A stretch of DNA of 64,000 nucleotides, taken from the NCBI RefSeq assembly GCF_018977255.1, contig NW_024704743.1, forward strand, positions 103,728,001 to 103,792,000, in the 5' to 3' direction. Position 1 is the first letter of the stretch; each line of letters starts with the position of its first letter. Both the position numbers and the translations under genes were made by a program. Origin of the DNA: Callorhinchus milii (taxonomy: Eukaryota). The notes beneath the pieces were generated by a model. The model had not been told where the DNA came from. It saw nothing but the letters and a program-made list of their open reading frames with translations, and did not search any database. Below, piece after piece: positions 10,523 to 24,042 of the stretch.

Positions 10523-13500
10523 ATCTCTGCAATTCTGGCCAGTGTCCGTTCTGATATCACCCAAAGTCCAATTTTTTTAAAATTTGAACAAATTGTGATG
10601 TCGATTTACAATTGTAATACATGAAATTCACAAATCACATTATTAACAGCACAAGTAATCCAATCAGGTTCCTGTTGCTGCCATGGTAATTATTAATCTT
10701 GCTGACTAACAAAAGATTGCCGTGACAAAGTACAAAAAAATGACCATTTGCTTGAGAGTTATTTAACGCTTAAACAATTGAAGGGAAAATGCAGAACTTC
10801 CTGCTGGCTTCTTTTCTCTCCCTCCCTTGTAAAAAGGAATGTATTGAATAAATCTCCAGCAGTTCTAATTACAGACCTACTGATACAATGCAGCCAAATG
10901 CAAGTCAAATTCCTAAGTGAAATAAGCATATCACATGCAACAATATTAGCAGCCGCGTAATCACTTGTTGAAACATATTAAGCCTTTAAAGCTGTTAACC
11001 TTTCATCTGTGGTGTGTGTCTGCAATGAGCTATAGTTAATCCACAAGTGTTTCATGCTATGAAAAAAATAAGAATGCCCCTTTGTGAGAAATAGTAATAG
11101 CCACCACCATTGAAGGGAGCTCCTCCCTGGGCAACAATCCTGCAGATACAATCGGTCTCTCTCTCCACTGTTTGTGGGACATTGCTGTGAGCAAATTGGT
11201 CATCGGTTCACCTACAAAATACGGTCACTACACTTTAACAGTAAAATCCTGTGAAGTGCTTTAAGATGGTCTCCCAAAGCGAAAGGCACAATATCAAATG
11301 TAAAGATTTTGTATTGTTATGTATAATAACTTATAGTTAACATACCACAAATAATCTGAAAATGTTGGTTACTAGAGATTTTGGATTAACATCAACATTA
11401 AATGCTTTTGTGGCAATATTTAGAACATCAAACACAAAGCTTTAGAAACCTGAAAATTGTTTAATTTAATAACCTAGCAGTGTAGAACTTTCTTTTTACA
11501 TACGAGTGTTCTTTGTTAGAAAAACACAGATTTTGTTGCAACAGAACGGCTTTGTGTGCGTCCCACACAGTTGGGTAATTTGGTTAAGCAGTTATAGGGA
11601 AAATGCATAATTTCCAATTGTATAGAAGTATGTGTCTCTGGAGTGATTAGACTAGCTAAGTGAGGTAATAGGCTGTCTCTCCCACCCCCCCATCAAATAC
11701 CTCACGTACACGACTTCCTGTTCAATTACCAACTTGTCTGCAGTGCCATCTGCAAAAACTAATACATATCTTGTTCTGCCAGTTTCTGCATTTGCAGTTT
11801 CATTAGCTGACTGCAGCTGCTGGAGAAGAAAGCTTCGATTGTCTTTGTTTTCCCCGAGTGCAGGCCCATTTTTTCTCCCTGCCACGCACATCATTTCAAG
11901 GTAATGTATTGTCTTTACCAGGACGCAGACCAAAGTAACAGCATCCTGTTAAATTTGACCCCGCTTTACTCATTGCCGTCCAGCTGAGCCGAGTGCTACA
12001 GTGCGTCTGTTACACTCCAGTTTATACTCCACATTAACACCACTGGCTGCTGACTCGCCAGCGTCAGATTAGAGGCAGTTTATAAAACTGGCAAACTCTC
12101 CAAATATTCTTTATACAAGCTCAGATAGCTTCCACTTATAACTTTTTTTTCCCAGAGAAAATATCGAAACGTTCAAACTGAAGTGGCTGCTGCAAACATC
12201 TGGCTACAATATTGGATATCAGTTTTCAGCCATCGAATCCTTTCACCTGGGAATGGTTTGTGCATGATTCACTCTTCTAATTTTCCTCCTTAAAGCACGT
12301 ATCTTTGCTTTTAGCATTACGGCATGGTATGCTGAAATGTCATTCCAATATCTGTTAGATATGAACAGATGTCAGACTCCAAGTCAAATGTCAGATGTTC
12401 AACCTCCAGACTCCAGATGTTCAGTGTCCAAATTTCCCCACAGTCTTTCTTTCCCCTCCCCCCTTACACTGTATAACATTATTGCACATTGCAGCTCCTT
12501 AGTTTAGAATATCCCATTTTTAAACAAACTCATGTAGGTGTCCCACTAATGAGCTGTGGTTTGGGTTTGCTTACAGCACGGCTTTGATGGTTGTTAACCC
12601 TAGGGTTTTTTGCTGTTTCACCACTTTTTAAATAGGTTGGTGAAGATTAACGACAAATGCTGCTCGACATCTCCAAAGCATATTTGTAGGTATGTGAATT
12701 TTAATGCACAGTTTCAACTGCACAACTCGAATCAATGAAAACCATGAGCATTGTGGAAAGATGAGATAAAACGGGCGGAGTACCTTATTCAACTTGTACC
12801 TTGCACAAAAACAACAGGTCTCTACAGCTTGCTGTACCAAAACTGCATCTGCCATAAATGCCACTCTGGTCACGAGCTGGCAGGAGACAGTCTGGGGTAG
12901 TCGGATTGAGATAGTTATTTTAGGCTGTCCAAAAGCTGCTGAAACTCACGCATCAACTTGACTTACTTTCTACAGTAATCACATTCCCTTTTGATAATTT
13001 CTGAATTCTTTTGTACCCTGTTTTCAATCTTCTTCTGTTGAACATGTAGCCATGCGCTCCCATGTATAAACTTATAATTTGAGAGCTTTACCTCCCTGTA
13101 TACTGAGAACATTCAGACTTTAAATCTGGCTGTCATACCCATTTTCTTTCCACTGACTTTCCCCCCGCTTACTTTGCTAAAGCTACCAAATCATACCAAG
13201 GCGCAGCTTCTAGGATCGCCAGACATCCTCTGCTACCTCACACAAGTGGTCATTCTTCATCTGCCAAACTGGATAGTTGTTCATGCAAGATACCAGAGAG
13301 CCAGAATCTTTACACAAAGGGTTGTGAAAATAATAAACTCAGAAGGCTATAGAGACAGATTCAACAGAGGCTTTCAAGAGACACGATTTGTTAAGCAAAT
13401 AGGTTGAGTAATAAGGAGAAAAGGCAGAAAAGTAAAACCATTTTGCCATAGATAATAATAATCTTTGTATTCAAAATAGTGCCTTATAACATCATTGCGA

Positions 13501-16500
13501 CATTGCAACGCACTTCACCGAATACACTATAAAGTGAAGGGACTTGGGGACTGGCTCAGTAGTCAATCCGCCCACAGCAATCTCTTACAAATGGCCATGA
13601 AGTGAATGATTGAATGGAGTGAATCAGTGAATTATTAGATGCGATTGTAGATCAGATTTGATGGGCTGAATAGCCTACTTTGATGACTGAGTATATATAG
13701 CGAGTGTTAGCAAGCTGTTCAACCGTGAGGATGATCCCAGCCAAGACCAATTCTATGCACATGGACAATTTCCAGCAAGGTTAACAAAACAATAATCAGG
13801 AGCAGAAGCCCTGGCCGCTTTTTAATTCCCTCCCAGCCCAGGGTCAATGTCCCACTGCTGAGGTCAGGGAATAAACCAGCAACCTTCCCAGTCTGCAAGC
13901 CTCAGCTGCATTCCAGATCATGGTTTTAGCCATCACGAAAACCTTCATACCTGATTTTATGTGTCTAAAATGTATGGGAGCAATTTTTTAAAAAAAAAAT
14001 TCAATGACCAAAAATGATACAATTCCACACAAATAACTTGTAATTCTGATTTTAGGGTAAAGTGGAGGAACTTCCCCTCCGATTTTAAGAGATGTATCGA
14101 GCAGGGTAGAGTCATCTTGGTCACCGATGCACAGCTAACAGTTCACTCTAGTCATTGTCTGACAAGAGACACAGCCTGGAGAGAAGGATTGAGGGATACA
14201 CTTTCCCCAAGCAAGAGCTCCTGAAACTCACCTCTTGAAAGGTGTAATGTCCACCCAATCTAGGCTCTTTGCTTGGGGTCCTCTCCCTGAGTGAGAACAG
14301 ATACCTCCTCCCCTCTAGGCCTCTCATTGAAATGTGTTTTACCATAAGAAAAAAAATCAATTCAATTCCCCACACACTTTGGATCAATTTTTTATGCTGG
14401 AATTTTGAAAAGCTTAAACTTTAAAATTATGCATTTAACTTTGGGGATTGCATGTTAATGTTTTTTTTTGCACAACGAAAGCAAAAACCAAATGAGTCTC
14501 ATCAATTCTGTGTTCCTTGGCATTCAGGGATCCTCTGTGACCATATGTCAATGGTTACAGGTTCCTTGTGTGACTAGACATGATGACCCTGCATCCTTCC
14601 AATGTGCAAAACTCAAACTCCAAACTAACTTAATGTATCCTATTGTTCTCTTAAGGTCTTCCCACTGCACCAGGGATTAGACCCTGCATGACACAAATAG
14701 ACTTTGGAAAAGAAATGTACTGTAAAGTCAATGATTACATTTTTCTTCAATGTGGGGGAGAAGAGCGATTTTTCATTGGAAAATTTTAAATTTTCGGAAT
14801 GAACTCTGCACCCCACATGAACACTGCAACTTTTCCATCCTTCAAGATAGACAAGGCAGCAAGAACCATAAATCATCAGAGGAAGAGGGTGCAAAAAACA
14901 GGAAATGGTGACCAAAAAGGCAATTCATTTCTATCCAAAAGCTCTCACTCTGCTCATGTTCTCTGAGCAGTGTATTCGCCAGGTATAAATTGTATTTTAG
15001 GAGACATTTTTATGCTGCTTACATGTACGCTGCTCCAGCTACAACACTTTAAGGAATATGTTGGAGAACAAGGGATATTACAAAAAGTGTCTAACTGATT
15101 TAAGAGTATCTCTATCTGAGAGCTCTCTCATAGCTGGGCACATGTGATCATAGCCAAATTCCTTAATTGAAGGAGGAAACTCTCTATGCCCCTTGCAGTG
15201 GTTAAAACTGCTCTGGTTAAAAATAAAGTACCTTATGAAACATGTGCTGAAAGAATGAAGCAGGTGTCAGAAAGAATATTTTTAACAGACAAATGTAGTT
15301 GTGCAGATTTTGCTCAGATGCACCTGCAGTTACCCTGTGCGAAAGTGCAGTGATAAAACTGCAATAATAATAATAATAAATTATAATAATAGCGTTTAAT
15401 ATATCACCTTTCAAGTCAGAAGGATAGCGCAAAGCATTTTTTTCACAAATTACAGGTATGTTCAAAATATGGAATTACTGTTTGATCCAAATTAACACTG
15501 AAAATGATCAATTTACTGCTTCAAAGAATTGGCTCTTTTTCCAGACGTCACAACTGCAGATGATGGAAAAAGAGAAAAGAAAAACAAAGGTTAAAGTAAA
15601 GCAGAAATTAATTCACATCCCACCCCTTCGCTTCAGGGGAAAGAAGAATTCATATTCCATTTTACAAAACTCTGGGAATGTTCAAGAAACCAAAGACCTG
15701 CCTCAGCCTTAGGAGTCTAGAGTAACCTTCAAAGGGGGAGAAACTAAGGACAGAGAGTCTGGACAGTCAGGCCCCAGCAGTGATATTTAGGTAGACTAAA
15801 TATTCATGGCTAATAGAATTATGTATTGTTGAGCAGAGGGGAGAAATTTCCATGTCAGAATTAAAGGGATTCAATTACCAAATATCATAGTGATAGTCGT
15901 TTATTTAAGCTGCATTTACAGTGATGGACATGCAGAAATATAGGAAGCACATGTGTATGGACTGACACAACATATCCAGCACTAACATCCTTAGTTAGGA
16001 CACATTTCCCATTTTAAATCCAGACCATCTCAATCCTTTACAAAAAAAAACCTTGAAGAAAATCCTTTAAATAAATCTGAATAATTGCCATTGATACTCA
16101 CTACGGATTCTGTTTGAGATTACAGTGAACTCAGGGCCTTGGATACTCAATGACAAATTTAATAACTGATTTGCTTCCAGTTACTGAATTGCCAGTTGTG
16201 GCATTGTTAGGAAGCCTGCAGTTCAATAATCAATGACCTGCTAAATCTGCTCCAGCATTCATAGAAAACTACTCTGCGTTAGTTAGAAAAAGGCTCTAAA
16301 CATTTCATTAGCTCCTGCCACTGGCCTCTACTGATTAGTTTAGTTCCACACGATTAAGAATGTGTAGGTTACAGCACGGGTTGCCTTATCATTAGCCTTT
16401 ATACACTATCTGTACTCCACTCTCTGCAGAGGGTTATAGTCTCTAGAGTCAGAAGCAACCTTCCTCCAATCTTAACTTAAAACATAATTGGAAATACTAT

Positions 16501-17784
16501 GTGTGCAATAACATGTTTCAACATTCATTTTAATCCATCCCAGGTAATAACAATAATAATGATTATTATTATCGCAGGTAAATCAAGCACTGCACTTGGG
16601 TACAGAAGGTTTGGAGTTTGAATCCTGCTGCATTCATTCAACTCCTTTATTTTTTCAAGTTATGCCATAAGATCTTTAACCTCCACCAGAACAGCAACAG
16701 GCAGGACCTCGAATTAAGGCCAACACCAACAAGAATGCAGGACTCCCTCAGCAAAAAAACCTTGAAGACAACCTAGACTAAGCTCAAAGATCTGACATGG
16801 GGCTTGAGCATACAACCCACAACCTTCTGACTCAAGAGACGTCATCTTGGATAAAATGAAAATCCTTTCAAATCCTGGGTAGGGTAGGGAATGTTCCGAG
16901 GATGAATTGGTTCTAAGGAAACATGTCTAGCAAAGCCACATACTTTTCCAGTAATTTGTGACAGGCGGAGATGTATAGAAATGTCCTGAAGCCAAAGCTC
17001 TAACAGGTAGGGTGTTTCTAACTGGACAAGTTACACTGACTATTAAAAAAGTTTCAATATGCTTTATATTTAATCTAATTTAATAAATTAGAATACGATG
17101 AATGATCATCTCTCTGGAGGGTGAAGTTAAAATAAACTTAAAATAAAACTGATACATTTTTAAAAATAAAATTGTTTTCGTATGACCACCTATTAAACAA
17201 TTGTCTGCTTCCTACCATTCAATTTCCATCTTAAGTATAAATGACAGGTGACATCAGGACTATACACCACATCTGTCACATACCTCTTACTCTGCCCAGA
17301 GAATAGACCTTTATGTTCAACTATAATATTAATTCATTCAGCAGATTGTTCTTTGTAGAGTTACATTATTGATAATTCTTATGTCAAAAGGCGCATACAC
17401 CTCTCCTTCAAATATAATGCAAAGAATTCTGGTTTTTGAGGTAGCATCGGGTGTGTGCATAAGTGTGGTTTCTGATGCACTGTGGCTCAGGGAACTTTTG
17501 TGCAAGTCCGTGTGAAGAAACTGTAAATGGGCAACAGCTCATTTGAAAAGGCTCTACATGGGAGAATGTAACCTCGTATTATGATAGAATTGTACAGATT
17601 GAAAAGGGGGTGAATTGAAATTGCTGTGAAGGGGTTAAAATACACGGTTCATTTTCCCCTCATTTTCCCAGGCACACTTTCGTAGGGAGTGCCAAGTAGG
17701 AGGGCAGGTGATCGACTGTCTTGGTTTATCTGAAAGTAAGATCACAATGGCTTGTAATGGTTGTTAAAGAAAGGGCACATGTAA

Positions 17785-18113
17785 TCATAATAATCCTTGC
17801 ATTTGATATAGTGCTTTTCACATCTTCTAGATGTCTCAGAATATTCTGTAAAGTAAATTGACTGTATGGTTGTGGGCGAAACGCAGCAACCAATTGCGCA
17901 TAGCAGGTCCTACAAGCAGTCGTGGATTGAGTGACCAAAAGTATTCATCTCCCCGGAAAAGCGATCCACCAATCGACTAACAACCAAGTTCCTACTTAGT
18001 GCTAGGTAAACAGAGGCATGTGGAGCAAGGAAACTTGTCATCCTGCTGGGAATAGAACCCAGGTCTCTCGCTTGCGAGGCGAGTGCTCTAACCACTGAGC
18101 TACAGGACTCCAC
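17785..18113 (-). mobile_element. tRNA-Ala-headed SINE, long variant, full length
   Basis: Head GTGGAGTCCTGTAGCTCAGTGGTTAGAGC, internal CTCTGTTTACCTAGCA segment, Deu-like core, tail. Confidence 0.9.
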
Positions 18114-18924
18114 ATGGACTACCTAGTACACATAGCCATCATAACCTGAAATTTTTACAGTATTTAAACACCACGTGGAACATTAATTTTGTAATTTAGA
18201 ACTATATTACAGTAATAAATCTGCTTCTCATATCTGATTGTTTATTATTATCATCACCATGAATGAAGCTTCGATTTACAGAGCTGCTCAATCTGGCAGC
18301 AGGCTAAGGTTTAAGCACGGACAGGGTCATATACATGAACTTTACTCAGCTAAAGAACTACCATTTATTCTGTAAATACAACTGGTGAGGCCTTTTTACC
18401 CACAGTCATTGTGGAGATGGTGTTGGATGAGGAAATTTCAGAATTTTTGAAAAATTATAATAGTTAAAAAAAATTTAAAATCTGAGGTTACAAATGAGAA
18501 ACAGAGAAGAAAGTGACAAGGGCAGCCACTGAAATGATTTAGTTTTTTTTTAAATTGTATTCAAGTTCATTATTATAGCAATAAAGCTATCAAGAGTATT
18601 TTACATTTGTAAGAATTTGCAGAATTGGTTGGTTAGTCGCAACTGGTGCTAGGAATCCAGATAAATCTGACAGCACATAAAGGGTTAACAGTTTATGACT
18701 ACTGAATTGATCTGAGTCTTTCCTCCCACTCCCCCACCACTTCCCAAATGCCAATTCCCCTCCAACAAGTATGATCTCACCTCAGTGACGTTCCCATTTG
18801 ATAGACGTTAACAACAACAACCTACAGTTATCCCTGTAATTCACTTTACAGTATATTCTGTGAAGAGCTTTGAGATGTCTTGAAGGCGTGATAAGGTGCT
18901 ATATCAAATGCAAGGATTATTATT

Positions 18925-19130
18925 ATTATATAGCACCTTTTACATAGAGTAACATCAGAGTGCTTTATAAAGATTGAGTCAGACCCCGAGTAAAGGGGGT
19001 AGAAGAGAAGAAACGTGGCCATCGGTGCAGTCGAAGTGGGAGACTTTAAGGCAGGATTTAAAGACAAATAGATTTTCAGGCGGAGGGAGTTCCAGAGGTT
19101 AGGAGCATAGAAACTGAAGGCTTGCCAGCT
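18925..19130 (-). mobile_element. Old L2 3' fragment, tail-to-tail with a SINE tail at 18830-18928
   Basis: Minus frame AFSFYAPNLWNSL is the L2 ORF2 C-terminal motif. Confidence 0.75.
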
Positions 19131-19763
19131 CAAGCATAAGTTTCCCAAGCAGAGAAATGGGGTAGGAGATCAACATTAAATATGGAGAGAAAGAACCCAC
19201 AGAAATTACATGCTTCAGGAGAGAAAGGTTCAGTCTGGGCCTGCTTTATAGCAGGACACACAGTGGATGGACCTCATAACTTACAATTGGCAGTTCTCAG
19301 ACGAGTTTATGCAGAAGTAATGTATTAGTGAAGTAAAATGGATTTGCCAATGCTCCCAAAGGCTTCCTGTTTACACTACAGTTAAAAAAGTGGCCACATA
19401 AGCGAGTTTGAAATGTATTAAAGTTATTTTTAAATGTGACGAGACTGTGAAAGATTAAGGCCTGGATAATGTCGAGAGAAAGCTGTGATATCAGGAGATT
19501 ATATAGTGTGTACAAAACGTTACATTTCCTTAACAGACCCCCAAATCTAAAAAAAACAAATTACCTCTGCAAACGTCTTGGAGGGAGGTCTATAAACAGA
19601 ACTATGTGACATTTGTTCGATCTGCTGAATGGGGATAATATATTGGTTGGTCTCTGGCTACAGAACTGGACCAGTGTTGCATGAGAAAGCGTATTGAGGA
19701 ACATCAATTCTGTGCCATTTCCTTACAGCTCTTCCTGCTACAGTGAAGAGGTAATAATATAAA

Positions 19764-20161
19764 TAATACTTGCATTCGATATGGTGCTTTTCACGTCTTT
19801 TAGATGTCTCAAAACGATTCACAGAATATACTGTAAAATTAATTGACTATATATTTGTGGGCAAAATGTGACTGAACAAAATTCGCCCACAAATATACAG
19901 TCAATTCACTTTGCTATATATTCTGTGAAGCGCTTTGAGGTGTCTAGAATATGTGAAAAGCGATATATCAAATGCAGGGATGACTATTATTATTATTGTG
20001 GATTGAGGTGACCAACTTATTATTGGTATTTTTTAAAATCAGGCGTGTGGAGTAAAGAAACTTGCCCAAGGTTTTGCCCTGCCAGGAATCGAAACCAGGT
20101 CTCTCGCTTGCGAGGCGAACGTTCCAACCAATGAGCTACAGGACTCCACTGAGCTACAGGA
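19764..20161. mobile_element. Composite SINE: minus tail (19764-19870), plus tail (19882-19997), minus head (19998-20149)
   Basis: Direct comparison with the full-length copies in the window. Confidence 0.85.
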
Positions 20162-20993
20162 AGAGGTATAGATTTCTCTACTTGCAGGGTTTGTTGTTCT
20201 CAGCAGTAATCCACTCGTGACCAAGGTAGTACATTGCTGGCTTCTGCAGAGCACTGCAGAGTTCCGTTTTTAACTTTCTTTACTGGCAGAGAATGGAAGT
20301 AAACAGTGCTTCTCCTGTGGTAGTCCGTACAAATGTACTCAAAAATAAATCAGTGCAACATTGCTGAAAGTAGGAACAAAAGGTTGCTGGTTTCCACAGC
20401 AAAATAAACAAAGCAAGTGCAAGATGTGCTTGAATGCTGTATTTTTTATTCTTGAATTGAGCCTTACGTGCTTAGAATGTTAACTAATAGCTATTGTGTG
20501 CAGCACAAGAGGAATGCTAAATAGTGCAAGGACTGAAAGGTTTCCATCATCTCTCAAGATTTTTAACTTCTGACACCATTTTTCTGGTATGCAATCTTTT
20601 TCCTCTTACCTGATATCAAGCTTCACCCCCTCCCCGCTCAACACTTTGAATACCAATATCTGTATTTTGGATTGTCAAACAATAACACTCTGCTTACTTT
20701 TCACCCACAGAAAATACAGTCAATTCATTTTACAGTATATTCTGTGAAGCACTTTGAGACGTCTTGAAGATATGATAATGCAAGGATTATTATATTAAAA
20801 TGCAAATGCAAGGATTATTATTTCTTTGCAATGTAGTAGCATAGAAACTCTCGGCATTGCTGGGGTTTTATACCTGATATCCTGGTAACAAATGCCTCAC
20901 TAGACAAGTACGTTTCACATTCATCATGGACTGCAATCTATACTTTACAGTCTCAGCTACAGGACAAAGCGACAATTAAAGATGCACAAATGG

Positions 20994-21398
20994 GTGCTGC
21001 CTGGCTCAGTTGATACCAATCTCGCCTTTCAGTTAGAAAGTTGTGGGTTCAAGCCCTACGTCAGAGAGTTTCAACCCACAGTCCAGGCTGAGTCTCCAAT
21101 CCGTGTGCTGTCCTTTATATGAGACATTAAATTGAGGTCCCGCCCACCTATTCAGGTAGACATTAAATATTCCACTTCGAAATGAAGAGTTTCTCTCAGT
21201 GTCCCGGGCCAACAATCTCCAAATTAAAATTGGTCACTCACTTATTTCGAGGCTGTTTGTGGGGCACTGTTTGTGTGCAAATGGACTGCTGCATTTGCAT
21301 ACAAATACAGTCACTACACTTTTCATGAATTCTACAAAGCAATTTAAGGCTTCCTTCTGATATGAAAGACACTAGAACAAACATGGAATCTTATTATT
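20994..21398 (+). mobile_element. Older DeuSINE
   Basis: Head CTGGCTCAGTTG...GTGGGTTCAAGCCC, core and tail. Confidence 0.8.
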
Positions 21399-22811
21399 TT
21401 AGTATTGTTTAGCCATTAGGGAATGGGACTCGACTGCAATCAATTTATAAACGAGCAGGGTGGTAGGTGGTGTCCATGTGCTTGACCCAAGAAGGTCTAG
21501 ACAGGAGCTAGCATGCACATATACAGCCACCAGAAAGGAGAGTTTTGCAATGCATCCAATGCTTGGATATTTCCTCGGAAAGCTATTATTCTTTACCATG
21601 GAAGTCATGCATCCTTATTTGCTATATTTAAGTTTTGTGCATCCAGTGCTGAAATTCAAAACAATCCATACAAAAAGATCTATATACCATCTCACACCCT
21701 ACCAAAAATGTGTACAATATCAATTTTATGCACAACTTTACGTAAGTTTCGCAATAAAAGAAATGCTGTTGTGAATTTACCATTTCTGAGGTCAGAAATC
21801 AAATGGGAAAATTGATTTTCTGCTGCAAACAGTTAACGTGCAAGCAATTTGTTAACTTTATCTGTAAATCTCCACGAAAGCTTGACATTTATTCAGCGTA
21901 ACAACCCAGTAGGCCCGTAGTAAAAAAATACAACAAATCTCTCACTACAAATAAATCGAGTATCTATTTCGGAGCAGCTGCCAGTGTCTCATCGAAGCTG
22001 ATCTCAACAGCACAAAGCTGCTCCTACAAACAAGCAGGAAGCTGGAGGACTGTTGGCCTCAGCCCAAGATTTCCTTATTTCAATTTGATTTTCTTATTTC
22101 CTGCGATGCTCTTCTCTAGTAATGCTGTAAATTAAGGTGAGATGCACCCCAGAATGTGCAGAATATTGAGAAAAACAGACCAGAGTCTGAGCAGGACTAG
22201 TCAAGCAATGCTGTACAGGTGAAAATGCTGCAGTATTACAGGAGAATGATATGCCCTGCAAGTCAGCATATCTGTGGAAGAATTTTTCCTAAGACAAAGG
22301 TAGAGAATTACTTATGCTCCAGCTCAAAGAAGGTTTTAATAATAAAACAACTATTGTGCAAGGGTTTACTGTAAAGTGTGCCGATATTATACGTGAATTT
22401 ATTTCAATCTGACTACGCTTCATTGGGGGGTGTGGGGGGAGGACGGTAGAGGGGGGAAATGAAAACAAGTGATTTATTGAGTGTGAATTGAATTGTTGCT
22501 CCTCTACCCCAGGTGTCAGTCTGTGTGAGAGTTTCAAGTAAACAGTGCATTAAGTAAGTAGGGCTGCCTTCAAAATAAAAAGTTACCCTACTGAAGACAG
22601 TCCAGCAAACCACAACTTTTATATTATATACAGCATTTATATCATACCTTCAGCTGGATAATATCTTGGGGCACTTTACAGTATAGTGCTACCTGTTAAG
22701 CTACTTGTGCATCAGTAAACCAAAAAGTAAACTTTCAAATCATTCTGCGATGATGCAGACAATAGCACTGCAAATGTGAATGGTTCTGGCACCAAGCAAA
22801 GCACTTATGAC

Positions 22812-23188
22812 AATTCTTCCATTTGATCTAGCGCCTTTCACATTGGGAGACATCACAAATCGCTTCACAGGATTTACTGTAAATTGCAATGATTATTTTG
22901 TAGTTGAAACACAGCAGCCAATTTGCGCACAGCAATGTCCCACAAATAGCGATGAAGTAAGTGACCAATTTTATCTGGGGGATTGTTAGCCAGAAAGTGA
23001 AACTTCCTTCTCATTTTGTATAGTGCTACAAGATCTTTAATATCCACTTGAACAGGCAGATGGCACCTCGGTTTAACGTCTCATCCAAAGGACAGCACCT
23101 CCAATGCCTCCAGCATTGCTATAGAGTGGCAGGCTAGATAACCTTCTGACTCAGGGGAGAAAATCCGACAACTAAGCCGAGCTGACAC
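22812..23188 (-). mobile_element. Older DeuSINE with internal deletion
   Basis: Antisense tail, core, central region and head. Confidence 0.8.
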
Positions 23189-23367
23189 ATAGTCTGAATG
23201 TGTAAAAAGGTAACAACGTATTTTTACAAAATCCCCACTGATACACCACCCTTCACTAGAAGATTTTACTGACACAAAACAAATTTCTGGACTTGAATAA
23301 AAGCTCAAGAAAACCAGATTGCTTGCACCTTTGTCCTTCATAAAATTAATGTAGATAGTGTACCTTT

Positions 23368-23800
23368 ACAACAACAACAACAAGATTCCATTTATAGAGC
23401 GCCTTTCACGTCAGGAGCACGTCCCAAGGCGCTGTACAGTTGTATCAGGACCCAAGCAAGGGGGAAATGGTCAGGGTGAGAGGAGGGAAGGGAGAGAGCG
23501 AGGAGGGGGTAGAGAGTCGAGAGGGGAGCTGAAGGCTCGGTCAAAGAGAAAGGTCTTGAGACCGGCCTTGAAGGAGGAAAGGGAGGAGGCGGTGAAGGCA
23601 CTGGGGGATAGAGTTCCAGAGCCTAGGGGCTGAGAGGCTGAAGGCCCGACCACCGATGGCAGGGCGGTTGGGGCGGGGGATGTGGAGCAGACCGGAGCCA
23701 GAGGAACTGAGGGTACGGGCAGGTAGGTAGGTAGGGGGATAGTAGGTCAGAGAGGTAGGAGGGAGCAAGGCCACGAATGGCCTTGTAGGTGAGGATGAGG
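23368..23800 (-). mobile_element. Young L2 LINE 3' fragment
   Basis: Encodes LLHIPRPNRPAIGGRAFSLSAPRLWNSIP and FKAGLKTFLF; (TTG)n tail; highly similar to 25759-26566. Confidence 0.93.
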
Positions 23801-24042
23801 CTGTGAGATGAAAAGATATTTGAGCTATAAATATTTTTTTAAAAAATGATTTACTGACGAGCTTTTTTTTGCAATGATTAACCACTTAAGGAAGTGAAAC
23901 AAATGTTCCTGCCTATTCACCCGTTAGTTTGCATCTCATTTACTGTTGCTATTTTATAACCGACATAAAAGGTCAAAATCCAAAACAGGATTTAAAATAA
24001 AATTGCAATGAACCTCATAGAGTTAAGTGTATATAACCACTG

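Noticed and set aside
13705..13930. Possible ancient tRNA-derived SINE (similar head at 48540-48640)
   Set aside because: Too decayed to assign to a family without a database search.
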